Virus record (IMG/VR): IMGVR_UViG_3300033463_000012
Length of the DNA: 64,000 nt
Direction: 5' to 3' (one strand)
DNA from: a virus
Lineage: Duplodnaviria > Caudoviricetes
Positions 10,373 through 18,850 of this stretch are shown in pieces. Position 1 is the first letter of the stretch, and each line of letters opens with the position of its first letter. Under the pieces are notes generated by a model that saw nothing but the letters and a program-made list of their open reading frames with translations, ran no database searches and was not told where the DNA came from. Position numbers and translations under genes: made by a program.

Positions 10373-10792
10373 ATGATAGGTTATCATCTTTCACTGGTTC
10401 CGAACATTCGCAAATTCCAATCTTCAAAGAGCGGAAGCGGTTTTGGGACGAATTTCTATGGTCCGGGACTCTATGTGGCTTTGGACACGGAGCCAATAGA
10501 AAACTGGGCCGAAATGATGGATGCTGATACATACTACGTATATGAAGTTGAAATCCCCGATACAGCCAACATACTGGATGACGAGAACAAGTATTGGGAC
10601 GTTGTGGCCAAATACGTTGATTTTGACAAAGAGGAGCCAAGCAACGAGGATTTGCGAAGGGCTTCCAACTATATGGTCAGAAAACTCGGCTATGAAGGAC
10701 TGAATTATTGGAATGAAGAGGACGGAAATGCAATAGTCCTTTGGAAGCCTTCAGTCGCTAGGATTGTTTCAATGAAAGAACACAGAAACTAA
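10373..10792 (+). CDS. ADP-ribosyltransferase-fold protein (ART-PolyVal-like)
   Basis: GYH..S, FYGPGLYVA, VYEVEI, LGYEG, IVLW pattern; start at ATG 10373. Confidence 0.5.
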   Translation: MIGYHLSLVPNIRKFQSSKSGSGFGTNFYGPGLYVALDTEPIENWAEMMDADTYYVYEVEIPDTANILDDENKYWDVVAKYVDFDKEEPSNEDLRRASNYMVRKLGYEGLNYWNEEDGNAIVLWKPSVARIVSMKEHRN

Positions 10793-10834
10793 ATTGAACA
10801 AAGCCAAACAGAAGAATCGATTTGGACAAGGAAG

Positions 10835-11656
10835 ATGAATATGTTCGTAATGAATGATTTGACGAGAAGAGCCATTGTCGAGGCCATAAGGAAATATGGT
10901 CTCACCAGGTGCTACGAGGAAGACCTCCACAAGGGTTCGGCGCTCTACTGCTATTGGGTGAACAACAACTTCTTCCAGTCCGAGGCTTACAAGGTCCTAA
11001 TGGACGTCGAGAACAAGTTCGGTGCACATGGTGTTCTGGGCCGTCCTCGTGACCATTTCTCCCAGACCGTCGTGGAAAGAACCGAGGAGCGGATGTTCAA
11101 CTATGGTTTTCGCGGTGGACGTGTCCTATACATCGTCGACCCACTTTCATTCGAGATTGACTCCTATCTGGACAAGAACAACATCCCATCAAAGGAAGGG
11201 GAATATCTGAAAGCCGTGGAAGAAATAGACCGCGAAGATGAATCCAGAAACTACAGAGGCAGTATGCTGAAAGAGTCCTCCGATAGCAAATACGAACTGA
11301 CCGATGAGACGATGAAGTGGAAAGGTTGGTTGGTTTTATATCGTATTCGTGCACTTCGTTCCTTTGGAGATGTGAAGAAGGGAGACAAGGGCGGCTGGGT
11401 CGAAAGAATCGGCAATCTTTCTCTCAGTGGTGATTGCTGGATATACGACGATGCAAAGGTGTTTGGACCGGCAAAAGTATGTCATGATTCCCAAGTTCGA
11501 GATGAAGTCGAAATTCAAGGATATACCGGAATATACGGAAATTCCAAGATATGTGGAAACACCACAATAGGTGGGCGATCATCGTTGACAGATGTCGAGG
11601 TTCGTGGGAGAGATGTCAAATTATATGACGTCACATTACAAGGTGTGCGAAAATAG
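10835..11656 (+). CDS. late protein with C-terminal phage LYRIRAL/GDKGGW plus hexapeptide-repeat (LbetaH-like) domain
   Basis: KYELTDE...LYRIRALRSFGDVKKGDKGGWVE..NLS.SGDCWIYDDAKVFG; CTAAATT at 10789. Confidence 0.7.
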   Translation: MNMFVMNDLTRRAIVEAIRKYGLTRCYEEDLHKGSALYCYWVNNNFFQSEAYKVLMDVENKFGAHGVLGRPRDHFSQTVVERTEERMFNYGFRGGRVLYIVDPLSFEIDSYLDKNNIPSKEGEYLKAVEEIDREDESRNYRGSMLKESSDSKYELTDETMKWKGWLVLYRIRALRSFGDVKKGDKGGWVERIGNLSLSGDCWIYDDAKVFGPAKVCHDSQVRDEVEIQGYTGIYGNSKICGNTTIGGRSSLTDVEVRGRDVKLYDVTLQGVRK

Positions 11657-11680
11657 ATGTTCTGCAAGGAACTGTTTTCA

Positions 11681-11718
11681 AGACCCGTCCCCCACAAAGG
11701 AGCGGGTTTTCTTTTTTC
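11681..11718 (+). terminator. intrinsic terminator
   Basis: ACCCG(T)CC...GG(AG)CGGGT followed by TTTCTTTTTT. Confidence 0.65.
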
Positions 11719-11768
11719 AGGGGCTAAATTGATCAAAGAGGGTGGTCCATGAAGCAGGAGGACGGCCA

Positions 11769-14747
11769 GTGAATTTTTACAAGGTTCAGACAGGTTTTCA
11801 GATAGTGGATCCTAGTGGTGTTCCTGGGACCCCGATTGATGGCATTTCGACCACATTGACGGATTCGGTTTCCAAACTTCCCACTGACAAGGCAGTCTTG
11901 GATGCAATCGAAGTAGCCAAGGAAGAGGCGGAGGCCAGCGGAATATCGAAGGACATTATCACTTCCTACGGCGACCTCATCCAGGGTAATGCCTGCGGGG
12001 AACCTGAAACGCTGGGAAAGGGAACAAAGGGCCAGGTCCTCACTTCAACCGAAAACGGCCTTGAATGGCAAACGGGGATACATTCGCCCAATACCGAAAT
12101 CGCGGCGACCGATGACACGACCCTGGTTCTGACCGGCAAAAACCTGGAAATCGGACAGCTCACCCCCTACGGACAGCAGGGCATCACCACCATGGACATC
12201 GAAATGAAGTCGGCTGGTATGGTGACCCTCTATTCAGAATCGTCAGGGGTAGTCGCATCCGCTCCAGCAGTCGATCTCATGGGTAGTGTATACGTCAACA
12301 CCAAGGCAAGCTCGATAACCAACACCTCCGACACCAACATAACGTCGTTTGCCAATTCCGGTCGTTTTTCCGTATTGACCAACAAGAGCCCTTCCACCGG
12401 CGAATACACCGACGCCATGGAAATCGGCATAACTGGTTTCCAGGTCCGGTCCAGTTCCTACAACAAGCAGGAATCGAACGGTCCCCTCACGATAAAGGCG
12501 CAGGCGCAGGGCGAAATCTACACGGCCTCGACCTTGACCATTCACTCCGGAAACCCGATTTACATCAAGACGGACACCGGGGCGCCCATAAAGTTGTCCA
12601 CCGAGTCTTCCGGCTCCGCTCTCGCATATGTTCAGATACAGGGAACTTCGATTTCCTTGAGGACCAACACCGACGCAACTCATTACGGGGAAACGACTTA
12701 CGCTCCCACTTCGATTTCCACCGGTTTCACGGGCGCCTCCTCTCCGACCGCTTTGACGGTATACAGCTCCTCGAACATAGTCGGTAGCGCAAAGTCGATT
12801 AGTTTCATTTCGGCGGTGGGTTCCGGTGACTCAGGGACGGCTTCGTTCAATGCAGGTGCAATCGGAGGAACGACCACAATATCCGGTTCCACCATCCAGT
12901 TGATCGGTGCTCCAAATGGCGCCATGTACATAGACTCGAATGGCATCAGAATTGTAGATGTGCAACATCCGGTTTCAGTGAACTCCGCTGGCTTTGGTGT
13001 AAACAGCTATGGTGAAGTAAACATAAAGACGGCGGACGGGGACAACATCCTGGTTGAAACCTATCCTGATGGTGGATTGATCACCCTGAAGGCAGCGTGG
13101 GAAAACGGAGACGGGGACGTTGTTCATTCCACTATGGTCTTGGATGGGGAAAATGGAATAAATCTCACCACCCCGTCCGTAATTGAACTTGAAGCCGAAG
13201 ACACCATAGCGCTCACTTCAGAATCCGCGATTGAATTGGAATCGACCGGTGGACAAATAAACATCAAGGATTCCGGTGGGTCGGACATCACAATTCTCTG
13301 CAAACCCACAAATGCTGCCTGTGAAGGCAAGGTATTGGCTGGTTCCTATTATGTTGAACTGGATAGCGTGGGAAATGCAACAAACAAATCGTCCCTTAGA
13401 CTTGAACCAAATACCGTGATCGGCACTGTGAATGCATCTGGTCCCGGTGCCAGTATGGAATTCACCGCAAGATCAGACCAGGAAACAAGCGGGACGACTG
13501 AAACAAGAACTTCCTACTTCTCGATACATGACACTAATGGCATTACGGCCAGCACGTCCTATGGTCCTATCTCGTTGAGCACTCCCGGACCAATCGCTGT
13601 TCTTGCTGGTCCTTCCATATTCCTCAGCACCACGGCATTGTCTCCCACGAACATCAACATAAATGGCTCCACCGCCAACCTGTCTGCAAGTGCGAAATCA
13701 ATTTCAATGATCGCCGCTGTTGGGTCGAATGACTCTGGCACCGCTTCATTCAATGCCGGTTCGATAAATGGCACTACCACGATTTCCGGTTCTTCGATAA
13801 GTTTGATTGGTGCACCTAATGGAACATTGAGCATCAATTCAACCGGGATGAACATCATTCTTCCGACATTGCCAATAATGATTTCAACAACGGCTGTTAG
13901 GATTCCTGTCTACAATCGGCCTTATGATTCCACTCGGACATACGAGTTGATGGCCAGGGACACCACGGAAGGATATATTGACAAGGTTCCGATGGCAGAC
14001 GTGTTCGCCGCCGGGTCTCCCATGACTTCCTACGGGGATTTGATCTATGGTGGTGCATCGGGAACTCCTTCCAGACTTGCAATAGGATCCACTGGACAAG
14101 TCTTGACAGTGAATGCTTCCGGTGTTCCCGAATGGGCGAATGGAGGTGGTGGAGGAGCGGTTCAGTCAGTTTCGGACACTGATTCCATTTCCTTGACTCT
14201 TGACCAGAATGGAGATTTGACAGCTGACTTGAATGTGGACAATTCTTCCGGAAACGTCTCGCTTACGGTTGGCAATGATGGCCTGTATGGTGAAGTCGAA
14301 TTCCCTGTAGCGGCACTTGATTCCGGAAGCCCTGGCATTCTGGTCACCGGAAACATTGTCAATGAATACAGTATCGGTATTGTAATATCGAACAGACAGG
14401 ACAACATCCTTGAAGAAGTGGATGATGACCTAAACAATGGCCTGTATGTTCCTCCGAGTGAATTGGATGGATTGATCACAACTGCAGGTGACCTGATAGT
14501 CGGCGGAGCCAGTGGCGAACCAGAAGCGCTATCAGCCGGGACGGAAGGACAGGTTCTGACCATAAATGCCTCGGGTGTTCCTTCATGGGGAAATGCAGGA
14601 GGAACCAATTGGTATTGCGGTTCCTTCACAACTGCAAACAGACCAGCCAACCCGACCGAAGGCCAATATGGATACGATACCACGATAGATTGTATCATCT
14701 ATTACATCGGCAATTATTGGAGAACTGCAGCCGGAGCCATAGTTTAA
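11769..14747 (+). CDS. fibre/virion protein 2
   Basis: Likely GTG start after GGAGG; shares modules with fibre genes 1 and 3; internal ~46-aa duplication; CTAAATT at 11724. Confidence 0.8.
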   Translation: MNFYKVQTGFQIVDPSGVPGTPIDGISTTLTDSVSKLPTDKAVLDAIEVAKEEAEASGISKDIITSYGDLIQGNACGEPETLGKGTKGQVLTSTENGLEWQTGIHSPNTEIAATDDTTLVLTGKNLEIGQLTPYGQQGITTMDIEMKSAGMVTLYSESSGVVASAPAVDLMGSVYVNTKASSITNTSDTNITSFANSGRFSVLTNKSPSTGEYTDAMEIGITGFQVRSSSYNKQESNGPLTIKAQAQGEIYTASTLTIHSGNPIYIKTDTGAPIKLSTESSGSALAYVQIQGTSISLRTNTDATHYGETTYAPTSISTGFTGASSPTALTVYSSSNIVGSAKSISFISAVGSGDSGTASFNAGAIGGTTTISGSTIQLIGAPNGAMYIDSNGIRIVDVQHPVSVNSAGFGVNSYGEVNIKTADGDNILVETYPDGGLITLKAAWENGDGDVVHSTMVLDGENGINLTTPSVIELEAEDTIALTSESAIELESTGGQINIKDSGGSDITILCKPTNAACEGKVLAGSYYVELDSVGNATNKSSLRLEPNTVIGTVNASGPGASMEFTARSDQETSGTTETRTSYFSIHDTNGITASTSYGPISLSTPGPIAVLAGPSIFLSTTALSPTNININGSTANLSASAKSISMIAAVGSNDSGTASFNAGSINGTTTISGSSISLIGAPNGTLSINSTGMNIILPTLPIMISTTAVRIPVYNRPYDSTRTYELMARDTTEGYIDKVPMADVFAAGSPMTSYGDLIYGGASGTPSRLAIGSTGQVLTVNASGVPEWANGGGGGAVQSVSDTDSISLTLDQNGDLTADLNVDNSSGNVSLTVGNDGLYGEVEFPVAALDSGSPGILVTGNIVNEYSIGIVISNRQDNILEEVDDDLNNGLYVPPSELDGLITTAGDLIVGGASGEPEALSAGTEGQVLTINASGVPSWGNAGGTNWYCGSFTTANRPANPTEGQYGYDTTIDCIIYYIGNYWRTAAGAIV

Positions 14748-14761
14748 GAGAGGTATAGAGT

Positions 14762-17014
14762 ATGTTCAAGATAAAAGACGCGTGGCAGATAGTTGAGAAT
14801 ACTCAGGGTGTTCAGCTTTGGACGGACACCCGAGATGGCCAGCAATACAGATACAAGCAGTTCGGCAATCAGATTTGGATGATAGACAACTGGAACTACG
14901 GTGGTTTGGAAAGTGATTTTAGACCAATATCTAGTTCTATGTCATCCGGTCACGCTTGGAGATATGAAAACGTTTTGGATTACCAAAACTGGGAATCTGA
15001 ATATGGCATGAAACGAGGTGCTTTGTATAGCGATGGCACCTCATATATGGGAATACCAAGTGGATGGCACCTAGCAACAAAAGCAGAGTGGGACGCCCTT
15101 ATTGCATGGGCACAATCTGAATATGTTGGTTTTGGTATTCAGGCGCTAATGGCAAAAACAACATTTTGGTGCCCGAATAATCCTTCTTCCGATGTTAATT
15201 TTGAAAACTACAACAAATCCGGTTTTAATCTTGTTCCGGCAGGTCACGCTTCATGGAGTAACTACAACTTTGAAAAATCCGATAAGAACTACAACTGCAT
15301 AGCTAGTTTTTATACTAGATCTGCTTCTGGTTATAGGAGATACTATACGTTCCAACAGGATGAAAATAGTTTGCCTACAGCCGAAGAAAAGATATTTGAT
15401 TCGGGTAAATGGTGGGCTTCCTCAGTCCGTCTAATCAAGGACGGCTCTATCCCCGCTCCTCAGCCAATCATCACCGAGATAACCACTTCTCTTGACTCCA
15501 CTGGTTCGGACAACAAGATCGCCACGGAAAAGGCAACTCGCACGGCCATCACCAACGCGACTTCCTCCAAGATGTCCAACCCGATGACAACCGCAGGAGA
15601 CGTGATTGTCGGCGGTTCTTCCGGAACTCCCGCCAGACTCGCCATAGGAACAAACGGACAGGTTCTCACATCCAATGGGACTACAGCATCTTGGGCAAAT
15701 GTTCCTGCACAAGACGGCGACCACAAGGTGGCCACTTCCTCCTCTGATACCACACCAGATTATCTCATAGACAAAATCGGTGCAGGCAATGGCATACAGT
15801 TGACTGAAATCGTTTCGGGTTCATCTCGCTACATAGAAATTGAAAACACTGCAATGGAAGGTGACCACCAGGTGCAGGTTTCAATATCTGACGACTCCGC
15901 CGGATATCTGGAGGACAAGATAGTCGCAGGCACAGGTATAACCATAAACGTCTTGTCCGACAGCTCCGGTGTAGAAACCCTGGAGATTTCGTCATCCGGT
16001 GGCGGTGGTGGCATGGTCAACCCCATGACGACCGCAAACGACATCATCATTGGTGGTTCAAGTGGGACACCGACCAGATTGGGTGCAGGTTCCGACAAGC
16101 AGATTCTGACCAGCAACAACGGTCAAGTCAGTTGGGAAGATTCCTTGTATGCACTTGGGGTGGACAATACGAATGACACCTATATGTTCTACACCCAATT
16201 CGTAGATTCCAATACGAGAGCCGGTGGCGGATACGAAAACGAGCTGAAGACTCTTGGGATGAATTCGGCTTCAGTCGGCGGAATCCTTTCACTTCGAGCC
16301 GGAACACCCGTTGAAAGCGGATTCATAACCCAGAACGAACCCTACTGGAGAACGGAAACCGACGTATTCAATGCCGGACACCCGATGACTGATCAGGGTG
16401 ACTTGATCGTGGGATCGGCCAGTGGTGTTCCGATGAGATTCGCGGCCGCGGGTGATGGCTCATTCCTCAAGACCACCACGGTTTCTGGAATAGGCAAGGT
16501 CCTTCAATGGGCACCGCTCCCCGCTCCTTCGATTCAGAACTATTCGCTTTCCTTGTCCGACAGCACTTCTGAATCTTCTTCGGAATTGGAAAACAAGGTT
16601 CACTTCTCCAAGGTATTCTGCCCCAGTGCGAAGACAGTTTCTCGAATGGGCTTCTTCCATAAATCGGGAACACAGGGTGTTGTGGGCATGGGCATATACG
16701 ACGCATCCGGTTCGGCTCTTGCAAGGACCGCGGTTGCTGGGGTGACATCTTCGACACAGGGGCATGTTTGCTGGATGGATTTGGCCAGCTCAATAACCTT
16801 GGAAGCCGGGACTGAATACTGGTTCGCATTCTTTGAAGGTTGGGCTTCCGGTGAATGGAACTGCGGCATTAACTTCGCCCGGAACACCAACATAAACGGC
16901 GCCGGAAACACCATAATAATTTCATACAGCTTGGGTTCGGGAACGACTTCAATGCCCGCTTCCATATCCAGCACAATCGAAGGTCAATTCACTCCGTGGA
17001 TAGTAGCGGACTAG
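14762..17014 (+). CDS. fibre/virion protein 3 with N-terminal Fib_succ_major (FISUMP)-like domain
   Basis: TDTRDGQQY...GNQIWM..NWNY...GALY...PSGWHLAT..EW...SGFNLVPAG...SVRLIKD, followed by fibre modules. Confidence 0.8.
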   Translation: MFKIKDAWQIVENTQGVQLWTDTRDGQQYRYKQFGNQIWMIDNWNYGGLESDFRPISSSMSSGHAWRYENVLDYQNWESEYGMKRGALYSDGTSYMGIPSGWHLATKAEWDALIAWAQSEYVGFGIQALMAKTTFWCPNNPSSDVNFENYNKSGFNLVPAGHASWSNYNFEKSDKNYNCIASFYTRSASGYRRYYTFQQDENSLPTAEEKIFDSGKWWASSVRLIKDGSIPAPQPIITEITTSLDSTGSDNKIATEKATRTAITNATSSKMSNPMTTAGDVIVGGSSGTPARLAIGTNGQVLTSNGTTASWANVPAQDGDHKVATSSSDTTPDYLIDKIGAGNGIQLTEIVSGSSRYIEIENTAMEGDHQVQVSISDDSAGYLEDKIVAGTGITINVLSDSSGVETLEISSSGGGGGMVNPMTTANDIIIGGSSGTPTRLGAGSDKQILTSNNGQVSWEDSLYALGVDNTNDTYMFYTQFVDSNTRAGGGYENELKTLGMNSASVGGILSLRAGTPVESGFITQNEPYWRTETDVFNAGHPMTDQGDLIVGSASGVPMRFAAAGDGSFLKTTTVSGIGKVLQWAPLPAPSIQNYSLSLSDSTSESSSELENKVHFSKVFCPSAKTVSRMGFFHKSGTQGVVGMGIYDASGSALARTAVAGVTSSTQGHVCWMDLASSITLEAGTEYWFAFFEGWASGEWNCGINFARNTNINGAGNTIIISYSLGSGTTSMPASISSTIEGQFTPWIVAD

Positions 17015-17022
17015 GAGGCATC

Positions 17023-17202
17023 ATGAAAGTAGTCAGACAACGTTATTATATTGATGGAAAAACCTACGAAGACTTGTCCACCCTTCAAGACCTCAAGGAA
17101 GGAACAGTGATCGAAACCGTCCTTGTGGTCGAAGAATTGAAGGAAGAGGACAAGTCAGGAATCAAACTTGGTGGAAAGGGCGAAGAACCTAAGGAAAAAT
17201 AG
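17023..17202 (+). CDS. small hypothetical protein downstream of fibre gene
   Basis: AGGAGG RBS, ATG 17023. Confidence 0.65.
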   Translation: MKVVRQRYYIDGKTYEDLSTLQDLKEGTVIETVLVVEELKEEDKSGIKLGGKGEEPKEK

Positions 17203-17231
17203 GACTAAATTATTCACAAAAGGAGATCACT

Positions 17232-17591
17232 ATGCGCAGAAATGACATATTGGGCCTTGATGAATCATACGACCTTGTTGGTCAAGACGGAAATGCCTAT
17301 GCACTCATGGGCTACACTTCTCGTGCAATGAGGGATGCCTATCGGGTTGCAAGACAGGCCGGTGACGAGAAGGCCATGGAAGATTTCGGAGAAGAGGCAC
17401 GAAAGGCCACGATGAACAAGGCCATGTCAGGTGACTACAACAATCTTCTGGTCACCCTGGACGACATGATTCGAAAGGTGAATGCATATATGTTCCCGGA
17501 CGAAATGAACGAGGACGATGACTATGACTGGGAACAGGACGACAAGGAACTTGATTCTGCAGTCGACCCAGAAGAGGAAAACATCCAGTAA
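17232..17591 (+). CDS. late acidic protein with LVGQDGNAYALMG motif
   Basis: AAGGAG RBS; CTAAATT at 17205; DGNA[FY]..MG is a common small phage domain. Confidence 0.7.
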   Translation: MRRNDILGLDESYDLVGQDGNAYALMGYTSRAMRDAYRVARQAGDEKAMEDFGEEARKATMNKAMSGDYNNLLVTLDDMIRKVNAYMFPDEMNEDDDYDWEQDDKELDSAVDPEEENIQ

Positions 17592-17602
17592 AGGACACCA
17601 AT

Positions 17603-17935
17603 ATGAATGATGATGAATTGGAAAACATCTTGATGGACATTGTCAAAGAGGTTGGTGTTGAATCTTCATTCGGTTGCATTGACCCAAACAGCATGGAAGC
17701 CACAAGAGCTGACGAATGGTTCACTGATTGCTATTATGAACTTGAAGATTTCGTCAATGACAATGGAATGGAAGCGCTCGAAACTCCTGATGGCAGAGAC
17801 ATGCTGAAACGATTTGAACGTGACCTCAAGAAAAAATTGGATTGGTTGATTTATGACGAAAATCATCCATACGACCTTGAAGACAAAAAGGATCTCAATT
17901 TCAAAGACACTTTCAAAATGTTGGATGACCTTTGA
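17603..17935 (+). CDS. acidic hypothetical protein, homologous to C-terminus of 54466..55173
   Basis: LMDIV.E.G...IDP..EA....WF.D alignment. Confidence 0.7.
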   Translation: MNDDELENILMDIVKEVGVESSFGCIDPNSMEATRADEWFTDCYYELEDFVNDNGMEALETPDGRDMLKRFERDLKKKLDWLIYDENHPYDLEDKKDLNFKDTFKMLDDL

Positions 17936-17953
17936 TTTTGAAATTCAAGAAAT

Positions 17954-17986
17954 AGGAGAGGACTATGAATCCTCTCCTTTCTTTTT
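17954..17986 (+). terminator. intrinsic terminator
   Basis: AGGAGAGGA-loop-TCCTCTCCT then TTCTTTTT. Confidence 0.8.
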
Positions 17987-18023
17987 GTCTAAATTCTACA
18001 GATGTACAGCATGAGGAATCTTT

Positions 18024-18197
18024 ATGTACGATATCATTGTCGGGATCCTTACAATAATCTTTTGGATTTTGACGGCGGCGTTCATAAAGAAGTGGCCGGA
18101 AAGCAAACACGAAAATCTGACAACTTTCCTATACTTCACTTACGCTATCATCTACATAGTTTTCATCTATTTTATAGGAGCAAATCATGGTAAATGA
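18024..18197 (+). CDS. 57-aa two-TM membrane protein (holin-like candidate)
   Basis: MYDIIVGILTIIFWILTAAFIKKWPESKHENLTTFLYFTYAIIYIVFIYFIGANHGK; GAGG RBS; below the ORF-track cutoff. Confidence 0.55.
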   Translation: MYDIIVGILTIIFWILTAAFIKKWPESKHENLTTFLYFTYAIIYIVFIYFIGANHGK

Positions 18198-18492
18198 AAC
18201 ACTTGAAACCAATGGACTGAAAGTGACTGACGTTCATGTCTTCATCGTGGACAAGAAGAACAGCGACAGTGGCATCCTCGCAATCGCCGAAGTCGAGTTT
18301 AACAACATTCTGATGGTCGGAAGCCTCAGATTGTTCAAGTCCCGTGAAGGTGAACTATACTTCAATTTCCCCCGCAACCCTCAGTCGAAGCGTGGTCGTT
18401 CATATTCCTTCCTCAAGGACGACAAGGCCCGTGCTGAAGTTCTGGCCGAAATCGTGAAGGAATACGAAAGAGTCATCAAGGAACAGGGCTAA
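18187..18492 (+). CDS. SpoVG-like nucleic-acid-binding protein
   Basis: KVTDVHV...LAIAEVEFNN...V.SLRL...GELYFNFP...R.EV...IVKEY. Confidence 0.7.
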   Translation: MVNETLETNGLKVTDVHVFIVDKKNSDSGILAIAEVEFNNILMVGSLRLFKSREGELYFNFPRNPQSKRGRSYSFLKDDKARAEVLAEIVKEYERVIKEQG

Positions 18493-18508
18493 AATTTCTA
18501 AAACAAAG

Positions 18509-18537
18509 AATCGGGGGCTTCAATGGTCCCCGATTTT
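18509..18537 (+). terminator. intrinsic terminator overlapping next promoter
   Basis: AATCGGGG-loop-CCCCGATT then TT; TATTATATT follows at 18537. Confidence 0.65.
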
Positions 18538-18562
18538 ATTATATTTCTCCTAGAGGTACAAG

Positions 18563-18850
18563 ATGACCAAACCTGACATCCATTCCATTTTCGGTGATTG
18601 TGATCCTGTATTCGAAAAACTCGTTCAGAAAATCTTGAATTTGATAGACTTGTCTGGAAAGAGTCGAGATGCATACAATCTTTCCTGTGACGCCATGGAA
18701 AAAATACACTACGAGGACAATGAAGAGGAATGCTGGGCAATTCTCAAACATTATGAACACCCGACGGAAGTGGATTGGGATGACGCTGAATACAGATTCC
18801 TCCACGATTTCATGAGGTGGACGAACAAGGCACTGGAGGGAAAGAATTGA
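18563..18850 (+). CDS. hypothetical protein
   Basis: GAGG RBS; coupled to the UvsW start. Confidence 0.65.
   Translation: MTKPDIHSIFGDCDPVFEKLVQKILNLIDLSGKSRDAYNLSCDAMEKIHYEDNEEECWAILKHYEHPTEVDWDDAEYRFLHDFMRWTNKALEGKN

Noticed and set aside
12786-13825. Internal ~46-aa duplication in fibre gene 2 as an invertible or recombination switch
   Set aside because: Direct orientation with heavily diverged synonymous sites indicates an old domain repeat; no invertase nearby.
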